The translations under genes were made by a program, and so were the position numbers. The notes beneath the pieces are model-generated. The model was not told where the DNA came from, searched no databases, and saw only the letters and a list, made by a program, of their open reading frames with translations. Below are positions 8,177 to 16,828 of a stretch of DNA of 20,000 nucleotides, piece by piece. The stretch comes from an uncultured virus (IMG/VR IMGVR_UViG_3300042448_001291). Lineage: Duplodnaviria > Heunggongvirae > Uroviricota > Caudoviricetes. Location of the stretch: the IMG/VR virus record IMGVR_UViG_3300042448_001291; one strand, 5' to 3'. Each line of letters opens with the position of its first letter. Position 1 is the first letter of the stretch.

Positions 8177-8899
8177 ATGAAAAAAATATTAACATTAGTA
8201 ATTATTTGTTTATTAACTAGCATGGTTGCCAGTTCTCAAACAATCGGATCAACAAAGACCGAACAATATAAGGCGTCATTTGAAACTGCGATAGACATAT
8301 CACAGTTTATGGATTATGATGGCCCACAAATACCTATCCAAATTCTTAAATGTGGTATTTCGGATGAAATGTATGAGATGTACCCTGAATTAAAAGAAAA
8401 ACGTGTTGGTTTAGGTGTTGCAAATATTTCCATGGAATATCTTGAAAACCTTAATCGTTTTAAATTCACAGAAGATAAAACAGAGATTAAGAATCGTATG
8501 GTAAAACAATTCCAGGCATCCCAAGCGGGTATTTCTGAAAATAAATTAGATGGTAGAGGTAAAATTAATTTAGCAAAATATTTTGTAACAATAGAATGTT
8601 ACGATTATTCTGTTTCTGAGGATGAAACGGTAAACCTAAAGGACGGGGTTAAAAATTTAATGGTCACAAGAATAGGTTTACAGGTTAGATTTACTGATGC
8701 GGAAACCGGAGTAGTATTCGGAGCGTCAGGTTTAGGTGAAGCAAAAACAGTTAGAGAATTGACATTACTTTCTGATGCTACTGTTGACCCTGTTAAATTT
8801 AATCAATCAACAATATCTATTGCAACTAAAAAGGCGTTGGATATTGCATGCGCAAGAATTCTTGATAGAATGATCAAGAAGGGGATCTACACAAAATAA
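8177..8899 (+). CDS. CsgG/HfaB-family protein
   Basis: Likely start ATG 8177 (MKKILTL.., Sec signal, no clear lipobox). GLGVANISMEYLENLNRFKFTE, GKINLAKYFVTIECYDY and IGLQVRFTDAETGVVFGASGLGEA match the CsgG-like fold pattern. Confidence 0.75.
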   Translation: MKKILTLVIICLLTSMVASSQTIGSTKTEQYKASFETAIDISQFMDYDGPQIPIQILKCGISDEMYEMYPELKEKRVGLGVANISMEYLENLNRFKFTEDKTEIKNRMVKQFQASQAGISENKLDGRGKINLAKYFVTIECYDYSVSEDETVNLKDGVKNLMVTRIGLQVRFTDAETGVVFGASGLGEAKTVRELTLLSDATVDPVKFNQSTISIATKKALDIACARILDRMIKKGIYTK

Positions 8900-8936
8900 C
8901 AGGTTATTCATTAACCACAATTTTAACTGAAACGGT

Positions 8937-9767
8937 ATGAAAAAAGTTTTATTAGTTGTTGGATTGACATTATTGTTAATACTAATCTGTGCTATTATGT
9001 TGAATGCTCAGGTTAGTAATTGGAGAAGTAATCCTCCACAACCACAAACAAAGGTTGAAACACCAAGAATAACACCGAGTGTTCCTCAACGAAATGATGT
9101 AAGTAGATGGAGAAACGACCCACCTAGACAATCACAACCAGATCCTCGTGGAAGGGTTAGAATTCAAAATTGGGGTAGACCTAATCAATTTGGGTATTAT
9201 TGGGGGAACTGGGGTTGGTATCAACCATTTCCATATATCTGGTATGATGATTTTGGTTGGAGACAAAGGAGTATAATACATGTATACGAAAATGGTAGAA
9301 GAGATACTATTAGAAAAGAATCACCTTACACCTCTTTTGGTGTTGGTCATACCAATAATAAACAACTGTCTTTTTGGGGTGCGGTAGGAAGAAAGAAAGG
9401 TTATTTTATTTTAGATTATACAATGTCTTATGATATTGATCAAAATCAATATTACCCATATGGTAGAATTGATTTGGTTGATTTTCCACTTAGTAAGAAT
9501 GATTTTATTAAACAAGGTACCTTATATCTAGGTGGTGGTAAAAGATTTGGCAAGTTAGGTGTTCATGGAATGATTGGGTTTGGTAATGAGAATATTAGAT
9601 ACCAAGGTAGAGATGCTCTTGGGGGTATATCATTCCCTAAATCAAACTCAAATTTTACAACATTTAAATTCGGTATAATAAGAGATATTAAATTCATCAC
9701 ATTAAAAATAGAAAGAGACCCAATAAGAAATTTTAATCAAATATCGATTGGTCTGAATAACAAATAA
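8937..9767 (+). CDS. Secreted protein with Pro/Arg/Trp-rich N-terminus and probable small outer-membrane beta-barrel
   Basis: Signal (LNA/Q). Repeated VSxWRxxPP, aromatic GYYWGNWGWY segment, about 8 amphipathic strands (LYLGGGKRF, VHGMIGFG, FKFGIIRD, QISIGLN). Confidence 0.6.
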   Translation: MKKVLLVVGLTLLLILICAIMLNAQVSNWRSNPPQPQTKVETPRITPSVPQRNDVSRWRNDPPRQSQPDPRGRVRIQNWGRPNQFGYYWGNWGWYQPFPYIWYDDFGWRQRSIIHVYENGRRDTIRKESPYTSFGVGHTNNKQLSFWGAVGRKKGYFILDYTMSYDIDQNQYYPYGRIDLVDFPLSKNDFIKQGTLYLGGGKRFGKLGVHGMIGFGNENIRYQGRDALGGISFPKSNSNFTTFKFGIIRDIKFITLKIERDPIRNFNQISIGLNNK

Positions 9768-11137
9768 TGAAAAAATATATTATATTTTTATTAATATTTT
9801 GTTTCATTGGTTTTAAATCATCTGGTCAAATTTATACACAAACATTTATTGATAAATGTACTGGCGAAACAAAAATAGCAACGACAACATATGTTAATGG
9901 CAATGCTGTTGTTTCTTTTTACAACCAAATAAAAACATTTACACCAATTCAGGTACAAACTGGTCAATTACAAACTTGGCTACAAACAACATACAATGAA
10001 TATAGTACAAGGGCATGCCCGACCAGTCAAGTTGTTCAACAAACTGTAACTGCGGCGGTATCACAAGCAGCGTCGACTGCAGCAAGTTCAGCGGCGTCAG
10101 CGGCAGCGAGTAGTGCTGCAAGTTCTTCGGCTAGTTCAGCAGCAAGTTCTTCCGCTAGTAGCGCTGCAAGTTCGTCATCTAGCGCCGCTTCTTCTACTGG
10201 ATCATCGGCCGCTAGTTCATCATCAAGTCAAGGTAGTTCATCTGGGTCGTCTAGTTCGTCATCAGAAAGTAAATCAGAAGGTAGTTCGTCTAGTTCATCT
10301 AAATCTGAGGAGTCAAAATCTGAATCTAAATCCGAAAGTAAGAGCGAAGAAAAGAAAGAAGAAACTAAATCTGAAGAAAAGAAAGAGGAGAGTAAGGAAG
10401 AGAAAAAAGAGGAAAGTAAGGAAGAGAAAAAAGAGGAGAAAAAGGAAGAAAAGAAAAAAGAAGAAAAGAAAAAACAACTTTCAACAAATCCAATGTTATT
10501 CGCGTCAGATTTAACTGGAGCGCAAGATGCGGATAGAAAATATAACGTTATTATATCTTTGGGTATTAGTAAATCATCAATGGCTGGAGATGAGAGTTTT
10601 AGTGGGACGGCATTAATTTGGAGTAATCTAAGACAGTTTGCTTTTAGCGGTGGCTATACTAAAATGAAATTTAAAAACGGTTCTTTAAATAGCATACATT
10701 CTTATTCCACAACAGCGGCGTATCTTGATGGTAATTTTATGGGATTACTTGGTTACACCTGTATTAAACCAAATCCAAAATTTGGTACATATGGGTACAA
10801 TATTGGTATGGTAAACCTAATGACTAAAAGTGTGGTTCAGAAATATGATTACAGTTTAATCACTTCAGCGGTTGTTTTTTGGACAAAACCATATCAGTAC
10901 TCAAAAAAAATAACATTATCCCCTCAGGTTTTTATAATGACTTCTCCGTTATCGTATAACACCTTTACCGGTAATACATTGGTTAACAGACATGCTGGGT
11001 TTTTATTAGGTACTTCTATAGATTACAAAATAAGTAAAAGATTTGGTTTTGGTTTAAATTATAAATTTAGTGGATCAACAGCAAAAGAAACCCCAATTTT
11101 ACATAACTTTTTGATCGGTTCTAGGTTGATTTTGTAA
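9767..11137 (+). CDS. Secreted protein with Ser/Ala and Glu/Lys low-complexity stalk and probable C-terminal beta-barrel
   Basis: Signal peptide, small N-terminal domain with two Cys, (AASS)n then (EEKK)n tracts, then many amphipathic strands ending FGFGLNYKF...HNFLIGSRLIL. Confidence 0.68.
   Translation: MKKYIIFLLIFCFIGFKSSGQIYTQTFIDKCTGETKIATTTYVNGNAVVSFYNQIKTFTPIQVQTGQLQTWLQTTYNEYSTRACPTSQVVQQTVTAAVSQAASTAASSAASAAASSAASSSASSAASSSASSAASSSSSAASSTGSSAASSSSSQGSSSGSSSSSSESKSEGSSSSSSKSEESKSESKSESKSEEKKEETKSEEKKEESKEEKKEESKEEKKEEKKEEKKKEEKKKQLSTNPMLFASDLTGAQDADRKYNVIISLGISKSSMAGDESFSGTALIWSNLRQFAFSGGYTKMKFKNGSLNSIHSYSTTAAYLDGNFMGLLGYTCIKPNPKFGTYGYNIGMVNLMTKSVVQKYDYSLITSAVVFWTKPYQYSKKITLSPQVFIMTSPLSYNTFTGNTLVNRHAGFLLGTSIDYKISKRFGFGLNYKFSGSTAKETPILHNFLIGSRLIL
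10385..10456 (+). repeat. 24-bp coding tandem repeat (EESKEEKK)
   Basis: GAGGAGAGTAAGGAAGAGAAAAAA then GAGGAAAGTAAGGAAGAGAAAAAA, plus a degenerate third unit. Confidence 0.75.
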
Positions 11138-11160
11138 GAAAAATATGGTATATTAATACC
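11132..11160 (+). promoter_or_regulatory. Putative promoter TTGTAA-N11-TATATT-AATACC-ATG
   Basis: TATATTAATACCATG matches TATATTAATACTATG on the minus strand before 18340 at 14 of 15 positions. Confidence 0.5.
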
Positions 11161-11898
11161 ATGAATATTTTAGTAATCGGAGATACTTGTACCGATGTTT
11201 TTATTTATGGTACCTGTGACAGAATTTGTCCAGAGGGTCCTGTACCAATTTTTAAACCAATTAACAAGGTTGAAAATAAGGGTATGGCAGGAAATGTTTA
11301 TCAGAATTTATTATCTTTGAACATTGACAATGTTGATATTATAACAAATCATGAAACAATAACTAAAACAAGATATGTTGAAGAAAAATCAAATCATCTA
11401 ATTGTTAGGGTTGATGAGAACGATATTGTCGAAAACAGTTTTAACATACATAATGTTGATTTTGAAAAATATGATGCGGTTGTTGTTGCTGATTACGATA
11501 AAGGTTTTTTAACTGTTAACGATCTAATGAACATATCTAGATCACACGATTTAACATTCTTAGACACTAAGAAAATTTTGGGTAAATGGGCAGATAATTT
11601 CACATTTATTAAGATAAATGAATTAGAATGGACTAATTGTGAAAAAGCGGGACTTGATTACTCTTATTGGAAAGAAAAACTAATAATCACAAAATCTAGT
11701 AAAGGGTGTTTATATAATGGATTTATTTATCCTGTTGAAAGTAATTTAGATGTCAGGGATATAAGTGGTGCTGGCGATACGTTTATGGCTGCATTTGCAT
11801 GCTCATATGTAAAGACGTTAGATATGTCTGTTTCTTTAAGATTTGCAAATAAATGTGCTAGCACTGTTATACAAAAAAGAGGGGTTAGTACTCTATGA
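11161..11898 (+). CDS. hldA: PfkB-family kinase, HldE/RfaE domain I (heptose-7-phosphate kinase, HldA-like)
   Basis: ILVIGD..D.FIYG.CDRICPEGPVP, GMAGNV..NL, ITKTRY, ADYDKG, DISGAGDTF. Confidence 0.85.
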   Translation: MNILVIGDTCTDVFIYGTCDRICPEGPVPIFKPINKVENKGMAGNVYQNLLSLNIDNVDIITNHETITKTRYVEEKSNHLIVRVDENDIVENSFNIHNVDFEKYDAVVVADYDKGFLTVNDLMNISRSHDLTFLDTKKILGKWADNFTFIKINELEWTNCEKAGLDYSYWKEKLIITKSSKGCLYNGFIYPVESNLDVRDISGAGDTFMAAFACSYVKTLDMSVSLRFANKCASTVIQKRGVSTL

Positions 11899-12311
11899 AA
11901 AAAGTTTGGATAAATGGATCATTTGATATTTTACATATTGGCCATGTACGGCTTATCAATTTTGCTAAATCCTATGGTACTATTCGAGTGGGATTGGACT
12001 CGGATGAAAGAATTCGTGAGAAAAAAGGAATATCTAGACCGCTCAATGGGTTACATGATCGCATGGAGTTTATATCATCTATCTCTGGTGTTGATTCTGT
12101 TGTATCTTTTAATTCAGATTTGGAACTTGCTAGTTTAATTAAAGAATATAACCCAGATTATTTTGTCATTGGTGATGATTATATGGATAAACAAATAATA
12201 GGTTCAGAATATGCTAAAGAAATTGTATATTTTAATAAAATAAATGGTTATTCAACTACCGAGTTAATTCATAAATGTAAAAATGATGTTACAAAAACCA
12301 GTCGTTACTGA
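11895..12311 (+). CDS. hldC: Cytidylyltransferase-like nucleotidyltransferase, HldE/RfaE domain II (HldC-like)
   Basis: NGSFDILHIGH, VGLDSDERI..KG..RP, GDDY, GYSTT. ATGA overlap with the kinase. Confidence 0.85.
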   Translation: MKKVWINGSFDILHIGHVRLINFAKSYGTIRVGLDSDERIREKKGISRPLNGLHDRMEFISSISGVDSVVSFNSDLELASLIKEYNPDYFVIGDDYMDKQIIGSEYAKEIVYFNKINGYSTTELIHKCKNDVTKTSRY

Positions 12312-12657
12312 ATGTTGCAAAATCCCAAAAGGGTGGGGTCACGAATTAATTATTGAAAATAACGAAATGTATTGTGGGAAGGTTTTAGTTTTTAAATCGG
12401 GTTGTAAATTTTCAATGCATTATCATTTATTAAAAGATGAAACATGGTATGTTAATAAAGGTGAATTCACATATAGATTTATTGATACTGCGGTTGGTGT
12501 TACCCATGAAACACATTTAAAAGAGGGTGATGTTGTTAGGCAAAGACCAGGTCAACCACATCAGTTAATAGCGTTAACTGACGGTGAAATTTTCGAAGTG
12601 TCTACAACACATTTTGATGAAGATAGTTACAGAATATATAAAGGAGATACAATATGA
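12283..12657 (+). CDS. Cupin protein (mannose-6-phosphate isomerase/sugar isomerase-like)
   Basis: KGWGHE, YCGK, SMHYH..KDETWYV..G, PGQPH, EVST.H..EDSYR. Confidence 0.8.
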   Translation: MMLQKPVVTECCKIPKGWGHELIIENNEMYCGKVLVFKSGCKFSMHYHLLKDETWYVNKGEFTYRFIDTAVGVTHETHLKEGDVVRQRPGQPHQLIALTDGEIFEVSTTHFDEDSYRIYKGDTI

Positions 12658-13058
12658 AAGAAAGAAAATTTTTACCAACATTATCAGAGTTAATAGATAG
12701 ATTATCTATTGTACAATTAAAAGAAGTTAAAATTCCTGAACATAAAGCAGAGTACGCACAAGAAATTTCTGATATAGTTCACGACATTCAATTAATAATG
12801 AATGAAAAAGATGTTGTTATAACAGCAGAATTATTAAGAGCAGTGATTGTTTGCGCTCAAATGAACGCACATATTTGGTATAATGAAACCAATGTTAGAA
12901 GTGGTGTTTCTGGTCCAAACATGTTAGCGTTAACACATGGAATAAACGGAATTAGAAATACCGCAAAGAATAAAATACAAGAAGTTGTTGGTGGGAGAAA
13001 AGATTACAAAATTGATTGTATTGCTGCCGACTTTAAAGATTGGGAAGTTAGTTGGTAA
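12654..13058 (+). CDS. Small helical hypothetical protein (DUF4254/DUF6165-like)
   Basis: ELIDRLSIVQLK...NAHIWYNE...NGIRNTAKNKI pattern, recalled from helical proteins in glycan loci. Overlaps the convergent gene by 11 nt. Confidence 0.6.
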   Translation: MKERKFLPTLSELIDRLSIVQLKEVKIPEHKAEYAQEISDIVHDIQLIMNEKDVVITAELLRAVIVCAQMNAHIWYNETNVRSGVSGPNMLALTHGINGIRNTAKNKIQEVVGGRKDYKIDCIAADFKDWEVSW

Positions 13059-13830
13059 TATTTTCTTTTAATTTATCTATAATCATTTCTGCGATAAGTT
13101 TATGGCAATCTAAAGACATGTGATGATCAGGTGGTGGATTTAAACCTAATTTTTTATAATCTGACTTTATAAAAAATTCTTGGTTCATATCCATTAATGA
13201 CTGAATAGAACTGTATGTAAAGTTTTTATAGTTTATTTTTAAAAGATATTCAACTAATGTTGGTTCATTTCTAAAATTTTGGATATAGTCATTTGTCCAA
13301 GGTAGTATTATAAATTTTATACTTTTGGATTCTAAAAATGTCGCTAAATCTTTTATTTTTTTTATAATTTGTTTTTTTAAATCCATATACCAATCATCTA
13401 CGTCAACATTGTTTTCTATAAGATATTCTCTGAACATTTTACTTTCCGGGTTGTCATCTAAGTGTAATGCCGAACCACAAATAATTCTTTCTTCATTTTT
13501 ATAATAATAATTATAGTTAGATCTTGCTGGTTGAGTTGTTTGTAAAATAACAACTTTTACATCATCATTAATATTACCATAAATAAATTTAATTGACTCG
13601 TCGTCGGATCCACCATTGTCTGGTTTTACTATTTCGACATAATTAAAATATCTTGATACTAATTTAGCATACCTATTTTCTTTTATATAAGAAATATGTT
13701 CATCTGTTAAATATGAACGAATATATTGGTTACCTGGCATTATTTTAATATCTGAAAATCCGCCGTAATATTGTAATCCCTGCCCCCAAGTAAAAGAATC
13801 TCCGCTAAAAATTATTTTATTATTTTGCAA
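13048..13830 (-). CDS. SGNH/GDSL-like hydrolase or acyltransferase
   Basis: N-terminal FSGDSFTWG, central NGGS..., ILQTT..R, C-terminal PDHH. Confidence 0.65.
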   Translation of the reverse strand: MQNNKIIFSGDSFTWGQGLQYYGGFSDIKIMPGNQYIRSYLTDEHISYIKENRYAKLVSRYFNYVEIVKPDNGGSDDESIKFIYGNINDDVKVVILQTTQPARSNYNYYYKNEERIICGSALHLDDNPESKMFREYLIENNVDVDDWYMDLKKQIIKKIKDLATFLESKSIKFIILPWTNDYIQNFRNEPTLVEYLLKINYKNFTYSSIQSLMDMNQEFFIKSDYKKLGLNPPPDHHMSLDCHKLIAEMIIDKLKENITN

Positions 13831-14560
13831 ATTGATATAGTTTTTCAGATATAAAAATCATTCCGTTTTCAGATAAATGCATATCATGGTTATTTATTAA
13901 TTTATTTTTAACTGAATAATCTAACATGGAGTAATTTCCATCTATATTAAAGAAAGAGCGGTTTTTTAATTCATCAACTTGCTCTTTATTTTTTAATTCT
14001 GGCCAAAACAAAAACACTATCTTACAGTTTTTTTGTTTTACATATTCTGTTATTAAATCCACTTTATACATTAAATCATTAAATGCTTCTTTTTGGTTAA
14101 AAACATATTTTAAATATGTTTCATACGCCATTTTAATTTCCTTACGGATTTTATCATCAGGAAATATAACGACCATTCCATCATCTTGAGATAAAATTTT
14201 ATTGTATGTTATTTCGTATTCTACATTTAACTCTCCAGTACTTTCGTTAATTGCTGGTATTGGGTTACTAAAGTATGGTTGGTGATCGATCCAACAATTA
14301 GTTATATCATGGTAACACCCAACTCTATGTAAATGCGTTAATTGACAAAAAATAACTGAGTTGTTGAAATTTTCTAAATTAATTGCATCATATATTTTTT
14401 TTAAAATAGAGGCATTGCTATGTCCGGGCATAGCAAATGATTTTGCAATTGTTTCCGAATCGACTTTTTTGAATAAGTCGCTAACTAATTTTGTAATACT
14501 AGGGTGACCACATGAATATGAGCAACCTGAAAATAATATTTTATTCTGCAATGAATTCAA
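13820..14560 (-). CDS. SGNH-like protein
   Basis: FSGCSYSCG, AMPGHSN, CQLT..HR, C-terminal DMHLSENG. Confidence 0.65.
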   Translation of the reverse strand: MNSLQNKILFSGCSYSCGHPSITKLVSDLFKKVDSETIAKSFAMPGHSNASILKKIYDAINLENFNNSVIFCQLTHLHRVGCYHDITNCWIDHQPYFSNPIPAINESTGELNVEYEITYNKILSQDDGMVVIFPDDKIRKEIKMAYETYLKYVFNQKEAFNDLMYKVDLITEYVKQKNCKIVFLFWPELKNKEQVDELKNRSFFNIDGNYSMLDYSVKNKLINNHDMHLSENGMIFISEKLYQFAK

Positions 14561-15824
14561 AAGGTTTTAATGTTAAATTCGGAACAAAACTGTAATGATA
14601 ATTTTCCGTGTTACTTATTATTTCTTTTATTGATGAGAAATACATGCTATGAATGTCTTCGTCACTTAGATCACATAATTTTTTAACATGATTCATTAAT
14701 GAATATAATACAAATTCTTTTTCAACGTATGAATCAACCCGACCAGTAATTTCCTCATATTTATCACAATATAATTCTGAATTAAAAGAAAATCCTTGGT
14801 TTTTTAAAAATGAATAATAATCGGGACCATTAATACCACAAAATGGTGTAAAGGTTGCTAATGGCTTCCATGTTTTTTCACTTATCCATGTCCTATCTGG
14901 TATACCGAAAAATGTTTCAATAAAAATTTCAAAATAAGATGATATCTGTAACACAATATTAGAAGTATGAAAACCAACTTGCCTTAATGTGTAAATTTGA
15001 TTTTTTTTTGACCTTTCAAACATCATACCCATAAAATCAGTATCTGCTTTTTCAACGACATCATCAGCCATTGAATCAATTAATAATGGGAAATTTTTTG
15101 AGAATGGATGATGATACATATATTCAACTTCATAATCAGAATTATACATTTTTGCTGTTTCATCTATTGGAAAAATATTTAAATCTGGAAAAGATATTTT
15201 TCCTAATTTATCATACCCATTTTCAAATAAAAATTTAACTACTCTCCATCTTGTTAATTTTGGGTGGTGGTTCAAAAAGAAAAATCTATTTTGTTTTTTA
15301 AATTGTGAACTTGATATTAATGATCTTAAAAAATTAATATTTTCTGGCGGCAAACAATATGAATGTGGTTTATCATCCCAAAAAAATACATTATGTGGAT
15401 TTTTATTAATTATTTGGGAATTACATGTAAATAATATCCATCTAATATTTGGATATTTAGACATTATGTTTTTAATTATACTATGGTATTTTTCATTGTA
15501 ATATTCAATATATGAAAATTCAAAAATAATTTTATTGGTATCTGGATTATCTTTTAACATATTATCGATCCATACTTCCATGTTTGTGGATCTTTCCGGC
15601 GGCGTAAAGTCGTTATCTGTGAACATTGTTGCAATCATTAAATTATATATGATTACATTATCATTACTTGAGTCCAAATATGATGAAATATTTTTTTTAA
15701 GTAGCCCAAGTTCAACCATTCTATTAAATTTTGAAAAAAATTTATGGTGCGACGCAGGTTCTTGCGATTCTTTAATTGTTCTTTCGTGCGCTTCGGTGAA
15801 ATAAAACTTTATTTTTGCTGACAT
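14541..15824 (-). CDS. Putative glycosyltransferase (GT10/exostosin-like C-terminal domain)
   Basis: FFFLNHHPK..RW, SYFEIFIET, ISEKTWKPL...PF, FLKNQGF. The E-T...SEK-x-x-K pattern resembles GT10-like nucleotide-sugar-binding segments. Confidence 0.55.
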   Translation of the reverse strand: MSAKIKFYFTEAHERTIKESQEPASHHKFFSKFNRMVELGLLKKNISSYLDSSNDNVIIYNLMIATMFTDNDFTPPERSTNMEVWIDNMLKDNPDTNKIIFEFSYIEYYNEKYHSIIKNIMSKYPNIRWILFTCNSQIINKNPHNVFFWDDKPHSYCLPPENINFLRSLISSSQFKKQNRFFFLNHHPKLTRWRVVKFLFENGYDKLGKISFPDLNIFPIDETAKMYNSDYEVEYMYHHPFSKNFPLLIDSMADDVVEKADTDFMGMMFERSKKNQIYTLRQVGFHTSNIVLQISSYFEIFIETFFGIPDRTWISEKTWKPLATFTPFCGINGPDYYSFLKNQGFSFNSELYCDKYEEITGRVDSYVEKEFVLYSLMNHVKKLCDLSDEDIHSMYFSSIKEIISNTENYHYSFVPNLTLKPFEFIAE

Positions 15825-16828
15825 AATTTTTCGTATTTTTCTTTTTTTATGTTTTTAAATTCACTAACATTTATTGTTTTATCGTTAATAAATTCTTTAT
15901 TTACTTTTTCAAATAGACCTGAATCGATTATATATCTAAAATCACCATATTGATTTAAATGATCACCAAAAGATACTGGTTTTACGTTATAACTAAGATA
16001 ACCAATTGTTCCTATGTTCTCTAACACAAATTCATCGATTCCACCAAATTCTATTCTATCGTTATTATAAAGAATAAAATTACCCCAATCTATTAAATTT
16101 TTAAAACTAGCCCATTTATTTTTATTATAAATTATGGATTCTCTCCAAATTTTTGGTAAAATAAATCTTTCGTTTTTATCTTCAATTATTTTTTCAACTC
16201 CTTTTATTTTTTCAACATCGACCATCTCTAAACCATTTAAAAAACTATCCGTTCTATCAAAATTAAATCCGGTTAACGCTGAATTAAAAAATAAAAAAGA
16301 ATATTTTATATTTTTAACTTTAAGATAATTTTGTAAATTAATAATATCAAAATGATATTGTGCCGCCCTTTCGCTAGGTGAACTATGTGATAAATTATCT
16401 AGTAAAAAATTTCTTAGATTTTTATTTGAACAACTTTGTATTGTATTATATTGATTGGCGACATTAACAAACCCAAACTTATCAAATCCAACAGAGTATA
16501 AAGTATCGTTATTTTTTGTTCTCCATGTATTCATGTCAAAATCCAAGGTAAAAAAACTAAAATTTTCAAAAAAATCAATATCATACATTGTTGTTACCCT
16601 AAACATGCTTGACCATTGACAAACAACATATATGTCGTCGACGGAAACTCCGTTATTAATTAGTTTCTCAACCGCATTTATTGCTGACATTAATTGGTAC
16701 TTACTACCAAGAGAACTACCTTGTAAGTTGTAAAATTTAACATCTTTACAATATCCAAGATTTTGTAAATCTTGGAATGCTCTCGCTTGTTGACCATATG
16801 AGCAACCTGTAAAAACAATGTATCTCAT
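15809..16828 (-). CDS. SGNH-like protein
   Basis: VFTGCSYG, NLQGSSLGS, VCQWS..FR, LQNYLK..NIKY, C-terminal GDHLNQYG. Confidence 0.6.
   Translation of the reverse strand: MRYIVFTGCSYGQQARAFQDLQNLGYCKDVKFYNLQGSSLGSKYQLMSAINAVEKLINNGVSVDDIYVVCQWSSMFRVTTMYDIDFFENFSFFTLDFDMNTWRTKNNDTLYSVGFDKFGFVNVANQYNTIQSCSNKNLRNFLLDNLSHSSPSERAAQYHFDIINLQNYLKVKNIKYSFLFFNSALTGFNFDRTDSFLNGLEMVDVEKIKGVEKIIEDKNERFILPKIWRESIIYNKNKWASFKNLIDWGNFILYNNDRIEFGGIDEFVLENIGTIGYLSYNVKPVSFGDHLNQYGDFRYIIDSGLFEKVNKEFINDKTINVSEFKNIKKEKYEKLCQQK

Noticed and set aside
10050..10480. Repeats as a possible CRISPR array or curlin subunits
   Set aside because: No constant repeat with unique spacers and no curlin Q-x-G-x-x-N pattern; this is coding low-complexity sequence.
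10113..10514. 133-aa Lys/Arg-rich + strand ORF
   Set aside because: Alternate-frame shadow of the Ser/Ala and Glu/Lys low-complexity tract within 9767-11137.
15001..15009. T9 homopolymer (A9 on the coding strand) as a phase-variation site
   Set aside because: The reading frame is intact and A/T runs of 8-9 occur elsewhere in this AT-rich sequence.
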